This document shows, piece by piece, positions 29,722 through 43,700 of a stretch of DNA of 64,000 nt. The DNA lies in assembly GCF_009914755.1 (NCBI RefSeq), contig NC_060926.1; one strand, given 5' to 3'. The DNA comes from the human T2T-CHM13v2.0 reference genome, Homo sapiens. Below the pieces are notes generated by a model that worked only from the letters and a program-made list of their open reading frames with translations, had not been told where the DNA came from and made no database searches. Every line of letters begins with the position of its first letter. The stretch's first letter is position 1. The position numbers were made by a program, and so were the translations under genes.

Positions 29722-32700
29722 GTAACTTCTGAAGAACTGAATATTATAATTCAGAATGTAATGACCTGGGTTGTGGCTACAGTGACCAGTATATTGTACC
29801 CAGCCATCACAAAGTATGAAAAAAGATTGCAAAATAATACATACCCAGTATCTGATGACTCCATCCTCTCTTCAGATAGTTCAAGTTTCTGTAGCACGTG
29901 CAGTGAAGACTTTACATATAGAAGCTACACATCTGCAACAACTAAAACATTTCAGGCAGAACCCTGTGCATTTGTAGTTGACACGTCAGTAAGGAGACCA
30001 ACCACACCTATAAAACCTCCTCCTGCACATGTGGAAAAAACAGTTGTGGGGAAAACATGTCACATAAAAGGACAATCTATAATCTCTAAACATAAATATA
30101 ATAAAACCAACTTGCTATATTCATACCCTAAGCTCAGAAGTTGTAAATCAGATAGTCACCTTTTAGCATCATTTGAAACAGGCACAAAAAAATCTAAGGA
30201 TGCTACCACTGAAACAGATAGCTTAGGGAGTTCATTGCATTGTGATAAAACAGCAAAAGCCATGGATGAAATGAAGAATTTAAAAAATGTTTTTGTTAAC
30301 TTTAAATGTTACTTGAAAGGGGAAACTGAAGTGATTTTAGAAAGCATTTTGCGAGAAATAATGTCTGATTTAACCCAGGCCATTCCCTCTCTCTCTTCTG
30401 TTACTGCTGAAGTTTTTGTTGAACAATGTGAACGTGAAAAAGAAATCTTGCTTTCCAATGCTCATATTCCCTCAGTTGCTTCTGAGATTGTGGAAAATAT
30501 GCTTGAGAAGTTAGAGTCTGCAGTTGAGAAAAAATGTGTTGAGATGTTTTCACAAGATTTGTCAGTCGACATTAAACCAAGTTTAGCAGCCAGTGATGAA
30601 CTTCTCACATCATCTAATGGAAAACCTTTGAAAAATTCAATGCCTCATACTTTGGACCCAATGTGTGATATTGCAGAGGACATGGTGCATGCCATTTTAG
30701 AAAAGCTAATGACTCTTGTTTCTTTTAAGCAAAATGAATTTCTTCATCTTAAAGACACAAATAAGCTTTCCTGCCAGCAACATAAGACAGACCCAATATG
30801 TATGTTCCTTCAAAGAGCTGGCAAAAATAAATCTAGTCTTGAATCTGATGAAGCTAGTTTAATTGTCAATGAAGAAGTACAAAATTTAATATCAAATATT
30901 TTTTCCCAGTCTTCTTTGGTTGCTTATATAGAGGAAGCAATCAATGCTATACTAGGTTATATACAAACTGAACTAAATAATGAGAGAATTATTGCATCTG
31001 AAGAAACCGTAGTACTCCTTCAGCTACTTGAGGACATCCTTTTTCAGCTCCATCAGGAACCAGTAAATGAAAGTTTTCAAAAAAGTAGGCAACCTAGAAT
31101 AAGTAGTCCTTCTGACACCAAAGAAAAGTACAGACTCACTGGCACTAGATTATCAAATAGTCCTAGGTCTGGAAGACCATTTCCACCTATAAATGTTCCA
31201 GGCATGGTTCTTTATTCTGATGATGAAAATGAGGAAATAGACAATATTGTAAAAAATGTGCTTGATTCAACTTTCAAAGATGAAAAAGTAAAATCACAAG
31301 AACAGATTCCTAATCATTGGTTTACAAAGGGAAACACTTGTTTTGAATGCAAAAGAAATATCAAACCACCTACAAAGCCTGGTTCTAGAAGCAAAGCTGC
31401 ATTTCATGATTGGGAATTAAAGACTGAGCCACCATCTACTAATCATGAAGATATTTTAAAGAAAAAACTTTCTTCGAATAAAGACATTTCAACTTTCAGC
31501 CAAGATCAAAAGCATCAAATAGAAAAGGCTTCAGAAAACATAGTCACAAGTATTTTAAAGGAAATGCTCAAGGACATATCTTCCGTTCCTTTTGGTCACT
31601 TAGACAGCAAAACTGGCAGTGAAGCTTCAGTTCTTGTTTCAGAAAAGCCTCAAGGACTGTCACATCAAGAATGGATAGACCAGATGTTTTCTGTTTCAGA
31701 AATCAGTACAGTGGCTCAAGAAATAACAGATTCTGTGTTAAACATACTTCATAAGGCATCAAACTACATTTCCAATACCACTAAAAGTTCCATTTCATCA
31801 TCAGTTCATCAGATTTCCTTACATAATTCTGACACTGAACACATAGTCAAAGAAGCACCAAATAAATACCCATTAAAAACATGGTTTGACAGTGAAAAGA
31901 AAATGAAATATTTATCTTTATTTGACGTTGATCCTGAAAAGCCTCCCTGGTTAAAATCTGGAAAAAGTGAACCTAAACCTGTAGATGACATTAATGATAA
32001 GATCATTCGTACAATTTTTAAAAGACTGAAGTCATTTATTTGTCCAAAATTGCATATGGGCTTCAAATCTTCATTACAATCTCAACTTAGTAAGTACACA
32101 GCTAAAATAGTAAACATTGTTTTATGTGCTATCCAGAATGAACTGGAACTTCACAAGGAAAACCTAAATCTTAGGGAGATTGACCATACCAAATCCCTTA
32201 CAGATAAAGGATTTTTTGCTAATACTGATAAAAAATTAGAATCTCTTGTCACGAGTATTGATGATGACATTTTGGCGAGTCCATTATTAACCTGTATTTA
32301 TGATATGTTGTTATCAAGTGAAAATGCACATCAAAGAAGCATTTCACTCTCTTCTCGTAAGCCAAAGTCTGCAACTGACAGTGTTGATGTACAAAGCATT
32401 TTGCCAAATAGGCAAGATAAAAAATCTTTTCACAAATATTTGGCTACTCCTTGTACTCACCACAGTGTCAATGGTGGAAACCATATTAAAGAGAATGCAA
32501 AATTGCAAGTGTTAGAAAGAATTGGGGAAACACTACATGAAATGTTAAGCAAGCTCCTGGGGACCCATCTTCATTCTCAGCTATCTTGTAGTCAACAAAG
32601 CAGAGAGATGACCAATAAGAATCAGAAAATGGCTGCTGCATTGCAGTCTAATATTCAGTTAATTTCTAAAGCAATTTTGGATTATATCCTTGCAAAATTA

Positions 32701-35700
32701 TGTGGTGTTGACATGGATACCAGTTTTGCAAGTTGTGGATTAAAAGCTATCTCAGAGTCTCTTGACATTGACAACCCATCATTTGCTTCAATTATTGAGA
32801 AAATGGCCAAATCCACCAAAATAATCTCCAGCATAGTTTCCAGAAGGGTTCAGGAGGACAATAAAGAAGAGACTAAAAGCAAGGCAAAACCTGTTGCTCC
32901 TGTGTCTTCCAAAACACCAAGCACAAAAGAAATGCATCCAAATAAACTAAAAGCTGTAGCTTCAGATATTCTTAATATGGTTTTTGCTAAACTGGAAGGG
33001 TTTGCCAACGGACATTTAGAAATTTTGGGTGCTATTAATGATGGAAATAAGAAAAGCAATAAGATAGGCTGGGAATATGAAAGCACCAATATTTCCAGAG
33101 ACACACATGAAGCATCATTTCTGTCTGCTTTATATATGCATGCAAAGAAGGTATCAAGTGCTATTTTGAAGGTTATTCAAACAGAATTAAATGTGACCTC
33201 ATCAGATTTGAAGACAAGTGTAGAAAACCCACCACCTGAGACTCAAATACTTAAGTATGTAGTCAAGTTAATTTTAGATGCAGTATCTTCCGATATGTTT
33301 AATGAAATGGAATCTGAAGGGGGAGGCATTGAAACTTATCGATACAGGCCAACATATGGAAGTCTTCCTGGAGGAGCTGAATCAGATTCATTTCTAGAAG
33401 ATGATGCATATACAGCGAAAAAAATTATTGATGAGAGATCCCCACAAAGAGAAGAAGTGAAAACACGTTCTCTTAAACAATGGGCTCTCGAAAAAACCTT
33501 AAACAAAATTGAAGTAAAACTCAAAGAACCACATATATCTCCAATTGCTCCCATTATAAGAAATATTTTGAATGAAATTTTTCAAAGTACTTTAATCAAT
33601 CAATTAAATGTCCTTTCTCTCTCCCACTCTAATTTTAATGGCATGCCTCACAATGTTGATGAGCCAACTCCCCAAACATCTGTTCAATTTATGGATAAAA
33701 TGATGGATCCTTTACTTTCGGAAGCAGATATAACCATAGTAACAGATAATATTGTTAGGACTGTATTTCACAAACTTTATTCAGCTGCCATGACAGAAAG
33801 AAATGTAAGGGAAAATAGGTATAAAACTATCACTTTTTCAGCAAATGTTTCTTCTCATGAACACACCTATAAAGGAAAGTCCTCTGTCACGGCTTTGGAT
33901 GAAAATCCATGTACTTTTCAGTCTAGATTCAGCGTTGCTGACAAGGAGACAAAGGTAAATCTAGCTGAAGATATTGTACAGGCAATATTAACAAATTTAG
34001 AAACTTTTGCTACTTCCAAAGTAAAATCTCTCTTTTATTCTCAAGTCAACTTTACAGTTCCAGTGGCTTTACCTATTCAGCAAGATCACAGTACATTGAG
34101 CAAAGCATTATCAGCCAAAGATTCATATTCTGATGAGCAATTTTCCTGTTGCTCAGTAGATCATACCAAGTCAGGAAAGACCAACTTGTGCCAACTGTCT
34201 TTGTCTAAATTAAATACTTATGCACTACAAGTGGCTAGAAGAAATTTACAAGGAATCAAACAGGAATTAGATAAAGAAAGGGAAAATCCTTTTTTAACTC
34301 ATGACATTGGGATTTCTGAAAGTATTGCAAGTCAAATTGTTAACGCATTGTTAGACATTATATCACGTAAAGGCAAATGTGACAAAAACAGTTCTGACAA
34401 AGAGATCGATTTAGATCAGCAAAAAGGTGTTATTGAAAAGCTGCTCAATGAGACCAAATATCGAAAAGTACTTCAACTTCAAATACAAGATACCATTGAA
34501 GGTATCCTATGTGATATTTATGAAAAAACCCTGTTTCAGAATAATCTCTCATTTGCCACACCCACTCTGAAATGTAGCATAGCTGATAAACATTCAGAAG
34601 AAAATTCTGAAATGTTCATGGAGGGTGCAAATAAGATTATTCCTAAGCTTTCAGTTCCTAAATCAGATGTCATTTTGATATCCAATGATATAGTGAATAT
34701 TGTTCTTCATAATCTCAGTTCTGCTGCCACGCTTGTCATAAATGCAAAGAATCCTACTTCTGCAAGATTGCCCCTGACATTTTGTGATACGTTTCCAAAA
34801 ATAGACTGTCAACAGCCTCTTAAGGGGTCAAAAACTGAAAGAAAAACAGAGCGTTTTTCATATTCAAGAAATCAGAAATCAGCTTATGCTGATGATAATC
34901 AGATAACTGTAGTAGAGAAAGAAGACACTCAGAAATCTGCTACTGACTCATGTGAGGAAAATGCTAACTTCATTACTAAAACTATTTTTAAACGTTTGGA
35001 ATCTTTTGCCACAGAAAGAATAGATTCATTAATTACCCTTGCTTTCCAAAGTAAAGAAAAGTCATTTGTTATCCCAGAATTGGAAAATTGTAAACAAAAT
35101 GACAGCATCTTTTATGATTCAAGCCAAGTGGAATCAGATGTAAATGTCCTGAAAATATCAGCAACTGAAACCATTCTCAGCCAAGAGCTTACAGATTTCA
35201 CTTTTGTTGGTCGCAGAGAAAAACTTGGATCCACAATTCACCTATCGCAAGCTAGGCTTAAGACATATGCTGACGTCATTGCCAGTGCCATTTTGAAGCT
35301 TATTAAAAATGACTTAGACTTAGAAATTCAAAAGATATATCCATATCAAAACAATATTTTGTTCCAAGAAAACATCATTGTGAGTGAAATTGTTGACAGT
35401 ATGTTAAAGATGTTAGATGATAAAAGATCTGTAAAGGAAATTTGTTTTAATTCAAAAGAAAATTCTAACTTTTCACAATTAGCTTTATCAAATGAAATAT
35501 TGCTGGGTCACAAAGAGAAGGAAAGAAGTACCAAACAATCTCTATTTACAAAGTATCCATTAGAGCAAAACCAAATGATATTGGAAAACAAAAGGCAGAT
35601 AATTGTTTTGGAAGAAATATTTATGAGAAATGGAGAATCAAAAAACAAAGAAAAAGGTGAACTGCTCATTGCAGTGGAAGAACTTTTGAATAAGTTGTAT

Positions 35701-38605
35701 CAAAGAGTAAGGGAAGTCACAGGCCATTTGCCTCCACTTAATGAAACTGCCAACTTTATATCTAATTCTAAGATTAAAACATCAGACACAACACAGAAAA
35801 ACAGTTTTCAATCACATATTAACAGTGTAGCAAATGACATAGTTGAAAGTGTTTTGGGGAAAATGTACTTGGTAGTTGTGACATCATTATATGAAAATAA
35901 TAAAAGTAGGACAGAAGTTGAAATATCTGACCACAATGATTCCTTACTAATGAAACCATTAAGGTTTAGAGAAACTAAACAAGCAGGAAAAATAAGTAAT
36001 TCCCCTAGATATGCGATATCACAGGCTTATTCTTATGTCGACAGTCAAAATATCTCTGTGATGGAAAACACTCTTTTGCCATATTTACCATTGCAAGTGA
36101 AGAAAGACTTAATTCAAATGGTTCTCAATAAGATCACAAATTTTGTCTCACTTCCTTTAAAGGTGAGCCCTAAGGACAACCCTAAGCCATGCTTTAAAGC
36201 ACATTTAAAAACAAGATCAAAAATTACCACTTTGCCTAAATTTACAAAAAAAACACACTTAGGACTGAGTGCTGCTAAGGCCAAAAGCAAAACCAAGTTA
36301 GGTCCTGGAGAGAAGACCCTAAAAGACAGCAGATCCAAGACTGCCATTGGGTTGTCACACATCATGTCAGCTGGAGATGCCAAAAATTTACTGGACACAA
36401 AATTGCCCACTTCAGAACTAAAAATATATGCCAAGGATATAATAATTAACATCCTAGAAACAATTGTGAAGGAATTTGGAAAGGTAAAGCAAACCAAAGC
36501 TTTACCATCTGATCAAATCATAGCAGCAGGTAAAATAGTTAATACAGTTTTGCAAGAATTATATGTTACCAATAACTGCAATTTGGCTTACCCGATGAAA
36601 TCCTCACATCTCAGACTTTCACAGGGGAATATAGGCACAGGATCCCTTCCTAAACAACAAGCATGTTTTTACTTGGAGAATGTTTCTTCACAGCTAGAGC
36701 ACATTTTTCCTAGAGAAGGTATATTTAAAAAATTGTTTGACAAGTGGCAAACAGAATCAAATGACAAGGAAAATGAAAAATGTAAGCTATTGATGATAGC
36801 TGAAAATGTTTTGACTGAAATTTCAATAAAAGCAAAAGAATTAGAATATTCTCTTTCACTTTTAAATTTGCCCCCTCTTGAGAATTGTGAAAGCAGGTTT
36901 TATAATCATTTTAAAGGAGCTTCTACTAGAGCCGAGGATACTAAAGCACAAATTAATATGTTTGGAAGGGAAATTGTTGAAATGCTACTTGAAAAACTAC
37001 AGCTATGCTTTCTGTCCCAAATTCCCACTCCAGATAGTGAAGAAACTCTATCAAACAGTAAAGAACACATTACTGCTAAAAGTAAATATGGTTTTCCAAA
37101 CAAGCATAGCCTCAGCAGTTTACCAATCTATAACACAAAGACAAAAGACCAAATTTCTGTGGGCTCCAGCAACCAAATTGTTCAAGAGATTGTAGAAACG
37201 GTTTTAAACATGTTAGAGTCATTTGTGGACTTGCAGTTTAAACATATCTCCAAATATGAGTTTTCTGAAATTGTGAAAATGCCTATAGAAAACCTTTCTT
37301 CTATCCAACAGAAACTGTTAAACAAAAAAATGTTGCCAAAATTACAACCACTGAAAATGTTTTCTGATAAATCCGAGTCAAATACTATTAATTTCAAGGA
37401 AAACATACAGAATATCCTTCTACGGGTTCATTCATTCCATTCACAATTACTTACATATGCTGTTAATATCATCAGTGACATGCTTGCTGTAATTAAGAAC
37501 AAGCTAGACAACGAAATAAGCCAAATGGAACCATCTTCAATTAGCATATTGAAAGAGAACATTGTAGCAAGTGAGATCATTGGCACACTAATGGACCAGT
37601 GTACTTATTTCAATGAGTCTTTGATACAAAACCTTTCAAGAGAAAGTTTGTTCCAAGGAGCTGAAAATGCCTACACTGTTAATCAGGTTGAATTAGCAAC
37701 TAATATGAAAATGTTCACATCAAAGTTAAAGGAAGGTAGTTTGGGGATTAATCCTTCACAAGTGAGTAAAACTGGGTTTGTGTTTTGTTCAGATGAAGAT
37801 ATGAAAGAAAAGTACAGGGTTTCATCAGATTTACCCACCTCTGTCAGATCCTCTGTAGAAGACACAGTTAAAAACTCAGAGCCAACGAAAAGGCCTGATT
37901 CAGAAACTATGCCATCGTGTTCTACTAGAAACAAAGTACAAGACCACAGACCAAGGGAATCTAACTTTGGTAGTTTTGATCAGACCATGAAAGGAAATAG
38001 CTACCTCCCTGAAGGCAGTTTCTTACAAAAGCTGCTTAGGAAAGCAAGTGACTCCACAGAAGCAGCATTAAAGCAAGTCTTGTCATTCATAGAAATGGGA
38101 AAAGGTGAAAATCTAAGAGTGTTTCATTATGAGAACCTAAAACCAGTTGTTGAACCAAACCAAATTCAGACAACCATTTCCCCTCTCAAAATATGTTTAG
38201 CTGCAGAAAATATTGTCAATACTGTGCTATCCAGCTGTGGCTTTCCAAGTCAACCACACACTAATGAGAACAGGGAAATAATGAAACCATTTTTCATATC
38301 AAAACAAAGCTCTTTATCTGAAGTATCTGGAGGGCAAAAGGATAACGAAAAAAGTTTGCTTAGAATGCAGGATAAAAAAATCAACTATATACCTGAGGAA
38401 GAAAATGAAAACCTTGAAGCCAGCCGGGAAGATTCTTCTTTTTTGCAAAAATTGAAAAAAAAGGAGTACCCAAAGATAGAGACTGTGAAGGAAGTTGAAG
38501 CCTTTACTTTTGCTGATCATGAAATGGGTTCCAATGAAGTTCATCTGATAGCAAGACATGTCACCACATCTGTGGTCACATATTTGAAGAACTTTGAAAC
38601 TACAG
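29722..38605 (+). CDS. FSIP2: FSIP2 giant coding exon 1 (probably exon 16), 8,884 nt
   Basis: ctcctttccag|GTAACT...ACTACAG|gtaagc. Open frame throughout (ORF 29761-38646 runs on into the intron). Reads VTSEELNIIIQNVMTWVV...KNFETT. Phase 0 to 1. Protein recognised as FSIP2. Confidence 0.95.
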
Positions 38606-38756
38606 GTAAGCAAGAGAGAACGTACCTAAAAATTTGCATGATTTAGGAAGAAAACCAGTAAAAGACATGTTTAAAAGATCTCCTGTCTAAAAAGCTGTAT
38701 TCACTATTTTTCTGAAAATACCCTTGGAGGTAGATGACTACTGAGTTGCACTTTAA

Positions 38757-39069
38757 TTTTATTTTAAATGTATTATTTTATTTTATTTAGAAATAGTGTC
38801 TCTGTCACTGAGGCTAGAGTACAGTGGCATGATCATTGCTTCCTGCAGCCTTGAACTCCTGGACTGAAGACATCCTCCCATCTCAGCCTTCCCCCAAAAT
38901 AGCTGGGACCACAGGCATGCCACTGCACTCTAATTTTTAAAAATCTTTTTGTAGAGACAGGGTTTTGCTATGTTGCGCAGGCTGGTCTCAAACTCCTGGC
39001 CTCATGTGATCCTTCTTTCTCGGCCCCTCAAAGTGTTGGGATTACTGGCATGAGCCACTGTGCTCAGCC
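38757..39069 (-). mobile_element. AluJ in the intron between the giant exons
   Basis: Diverged dimer; gcagccttgaactcctgg. Confidence 0.9.
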
Positions 39070-40775
39070 TCAATTGCTTTTTAATTCATCACAATGCAAA
39101 AAAATAAAAATAAATAAATGTTTTCAGGATTTGAATTTGAAGGATGTGTTGCTCAGTTTTCTCTATCTACAAATGAGAGAAAATGAGGCCATTTTAAAGC
39201 AGGAGATTTTGGTTGAGCATGAGGCATAAATTTGGAAGGGTTTTTAAAATTCTTATGCATAACTTCTTTATAATCATATGGGATGTGCAGTTAACTGATT
39301 AAAAGTCATTTAATTTTTGTATTCTTGAAGGCTTTGTTATTATTATTCACAGTTTAAAAGAACAGTAGAATTGAATATCTTGTTTTATTTGCATTCCAGT
39401 ATTCTGACTTAAATTCCTTTTAGATATAATACTCCAACTGTATCATTACAGGGATTATATTTGCATTATCTTTCTAAGTATACTCATGTGTATATATTAG
39501 GTGAAACAACATGTAATCGTCATTTTGTATATCAAAAACAGTTGATTATTGACAATTAATAAAATTCAGTTTAGTATTACTATAATACCCCAGATCTAGG
39601 TCAGTAGTTTCAGTTACCAATAATTACTTGCTACATCACCAGTCCAGATACATCACACATCATTCTAATTGGAGATATTAGCAGTCCTACCCACCTGCAC
39701 GAGGAGGTTATTTTCCATCCTTAAAACCAGTATTCTCCCAAGATGGACGGTAATGTAGCTACAACTACAAACTCTTAAATAGACTTACTCCAGGCATGAC
39801 TTAATTGATTTCAGAAAAATAAACAAAAGCAAAACAAGCAAGAGAAGATCCATGATTTCATCACATTGACACTTGGCTCTAACAATTCTATATTCCTATT
39901 CTCAGACATCTCCAAGGTCTTCCAGTGACTTCGCTCATGTTCCTTCTTCCACTAGGAATACCTTTTCCTCATTCCCTGTATCTTGACATGGCCAAAACCT
40001 GTGTAGCAGTCAAAGCTCAGCTTAAAGTCTTCTATCTGTGTAGAGTCTTGCCTGATAACACATGAAGATATATAATATATAATTAAGTTCTGAGGAAAAA
40101 AACTGTGTTGCTCTTGGCTGCCACACCCAGCAGTTGGCCATTGCAAATAGGTAATGATTTGTAACAAATAGAATTTTGGACAAAACAAATATAGAGTTCT
40201 TCACCTGGCTGGGCCAACCTTCCTTCTTTGTGACAAACTATAATCTAGGGACTAAAGTACTACTGCTATTGCAATCTATTACTAGCTTTTCTGGAGTTGC
40301 CACACTTTTATTTTAGTCAACTTGATATTGCAACACAACTCCTTAATGTCCTAAAAGTAAAACATAGCATAACATTAAATGTTTTGTCTAAAGCTATTTT
40401 AAAATAATTATATGGCACCTCTAGGTATCACTGGAGACATGGTAGGATGCATCGCTAAGCCTGGAAATTATTTCTCTGCCCCAAGCTTTCCAGCTTCTTA
40501 AGAGTTCATAACCATCCAACCAAGGCAGACATCAGCATTTGACTTAGAGGATTGAATTTTGGGGTGTTATTTTCTCAATTTATTGGCTAAAATTAAGATT
40601 TTGCAAGGTGAGAAAATAAATGTTTGAGGAAAATCTAATTTCTTTTTTTGTTTAGATTTTTCTTTAGTGAGTTGCTCAAAGGGTGAAATATATATGTAAA
40701 TAATAATTTCAAATATATTGAATTTTCTATATTTTCTTTAATCCATGCTAAAATTACAATGTTTCCTTTTTTAAG

Positions 40776-43700
40776 TTTTTAGTGAGGAAAAGATGTCTGT
40801 TTCTACATGGTCAAGGAAAAAATATGAATCAAAACAGTTCCTAAGAAACATATACGATGATTCTTCAATTTATCAATGTTGTGAACATCTCACTGAGTCA
40901 GTACTTTACCATTTAACTTCGAGCATTTCTGATGGCACCAAAAAGGGTAGAGAAAAAGAGAAAGCATGGGAAATTCAAGAAGCAACATTTAGCAAGATTA
41001 TTTCAATTCATTCTCAAGTGTTTGAGAGCAGGTCAATTTCCATTGGAGAACTTGCTTTATGTATTTCTGAAATCATTATTAAAATTCTTTTTAATAATAA
41101 AATTATACAGGCTGACATTGCACAGAAAATGGTTGCCATACCTACAAAATACACTTACTGTCCAGGAATAGTTTCTGGTGGCTTTGATGACCTCTTTCAG
41201 GATCTCTTAGTAGGAGTGATTCATGTACTGTCCAAAGAAATAGAAGTAGATTATCACTTTGAAAGCAATGTAAGAAACAAATCATTTTCTATGCATAGAA
41301 ATAATAGTGTACCCCTTTGCAACAAAATCAATAGACAGGCAAGCCCCAGAGACTGGCAATTTTCTACTCAACAAATTGGTCAACTTTTTCAAAAAAATAA
41401 GTTAAGTTATCTTGCATGTAAGTTAAACAGCCTGGTTGGTAACCTAAAAACAAGTGAATCCAAAGAAGTAGTCAATAAAGTTTTTAATATTGTTTCAGAT
41501 TTATTTTCACCAGATGAATGCCTAGATACGGGTATGGATTCTGGTAAAATACAAAGAACATATTTCTACTCCTCGAATAATGAGCAACCTAATAGCATAC
41601 TTACCAATAACCTACAGCTCTCCTCAAAATCAGTTTTTCTTCTCAATGTTGTATGTGAGAAACTTATCAGAATACTTTTGGAAGAATGCACAAGCACTGC
41701 TTTTCCTGATAAAGGGTCTGTTTCAGAGGAAACATCAGCAGAAGAATGTCAACTTTTAAAAATGCTTCAAAGTGTAGAAGATGGAAAATCTGATTATCGT
41801 AAGGGAGGAATGGACTGTGAATGCCTTCAAGTAGATTACATGTCAGACCTTTTGGAGAATGTGGCAGAAATTGATCAAGACTTATTGACATCAGACTCTA
41901 TGCTTACTATTATTTCCCACAGCTTGGTTAAATCATTGATGGACAAATTATCTCACAGCATACAACAAGCTCCGGAAAGTCTACCTTTTGCAAATAAGCA
42001 TTTGAACTACAGAACAAGAGAAATACAGTCTAGTTTCATAAAAGCAAGAAAGTCAGAATTAATAGAATTAGGACAGAGTAAAAGTTCTTTAGAACTCAGG
42101 AGCTATGATAGTAATTCTTTGACAGTATCCCTGAATAATCCCAGTGTGGTTAGCTCCAAAATACAAGCACCATTTAACAAGCATTGTGCAGTAAAATCCT
42201 CTTCTGTGTCACCTTTTGAAAGACAGAGAACAAAGGAAATGGATAAGGTAGCCATTCATAATAAGCTACATCAGGAAGGTATATATGCTGGTGTTTATTC
42301 AGCCACATTTTTGGAAGGAATAATTTCAGAATTGTTTTTTAATCTCTCTATGTCATTGTGGGGCAAAAATAAAAACATCACTGTGTCCTGGCTCAATGAG
42401 ATGAATACATTATTTGTCAACAATGTAGTGAATGAATTTAATAATGCTCAAGTCACTGTTCTACGGAATGCTGAAGAAAGGCTGTGTTTTCCACCAGTTC
42501 ATACAGAAACTGTTAGCAAAATTGTTGACTCAGTTTATTATGATGTTTTACAGCAGTATGAATTAAAAGTGGCCTGTGGTAATAATCCGGTATACGACAA
42601 TGCCTCAATAGCAGAACAAATAACAAATGGCATATTGTTAGAGATTTTAGACTACAAACTGCCATCTTGCTTCAAGGAACATCTCATACCCCATTCATAT
42701 TACCCTCTCAAACCTGAAATTATATTGCAAAAGCTTCAAAGTAACCTAACAGAATTTACTTCTCTACCCAGGTCTTCATCAGACTATAGTACCATGTTAT
42801 CACATTCATTTTTAGAAGATGTCATAAGAAGGCTTTTATCTCAGCTAATTCCTCCACCCATTACATGTTCCTCTTTAGGAAAAAAATATTTAATGAGTTC
42901 TGATTTTAATGAAATGTCCACTTGTATAATAAATAAGGTTATGTCAGCCATTTCAAAACATAAAATCTGGTTCACTATATATGATAATCAATATCTATAT
43001 ACTGGAAAAAACCTCCAAAAGATGGTGGATTCTGTATATTGTAATATTTTGCAAATGTCTGACTCTCTTGTTTCAATACAAAAAAGTATAGTAAGCCGAA
43101 GCCCAATTATGATTGACCAAATAGCCAGCTTTATCATCCAAGAGATTATCGAAAATCATCTTCAACCATTTTTGAGTGGAGAGGTTTTATGTCATCCAAG
43201 GACTCCACTGGATCCAGTGTCTACTATTGTTACACAGGTTCTGAGTGAAGTGATAGAGTCACACAGACCTCAGAAGCAATCACCTTTAGATATTCACCTT
43301 GATTCATTTGTAAGGGAGATTGTTGCCAGACTTTTGTCAAAGATTTTCAGCCCAAAGCATAACACTGAAATTGAGTTGAAAAACATGACCCAAAGAATAG
43401 TAAACTCCATAAATAGGCATTTCAATAAAGCTAAAATTCACATTCTCTATGATGACAAAGAACAGGCTTTCTTTTCTTTCAATACAGATATTGTGGATGA
43501 ACTTGCCACCTCAGTTTATAGAAATGCTTTAAAGCAGCATGGGCTAGACCTTGCTGTTGATAAAGAGTCTGAAGACAGTGGCATTTTTGTGGAAAATATT
43601 ACCAATTTAATTGTAGCAGCTATTTCAGATTACCTTCTTCATCCACTGTTTTCTGGGGATTTTTCAGCTTCTACCTATTCTAATTCAGTGGCTGAGAATA

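Noticed and set aside
38606-39120. Intronic read-through with AATAAA near 39102-39118 as an alternative 3' end
   Set aside because: The donor CAG|gtaagc is strong, and AATAAA in an A-rich run is common by chance, so this is unsupported without 3'-end data.
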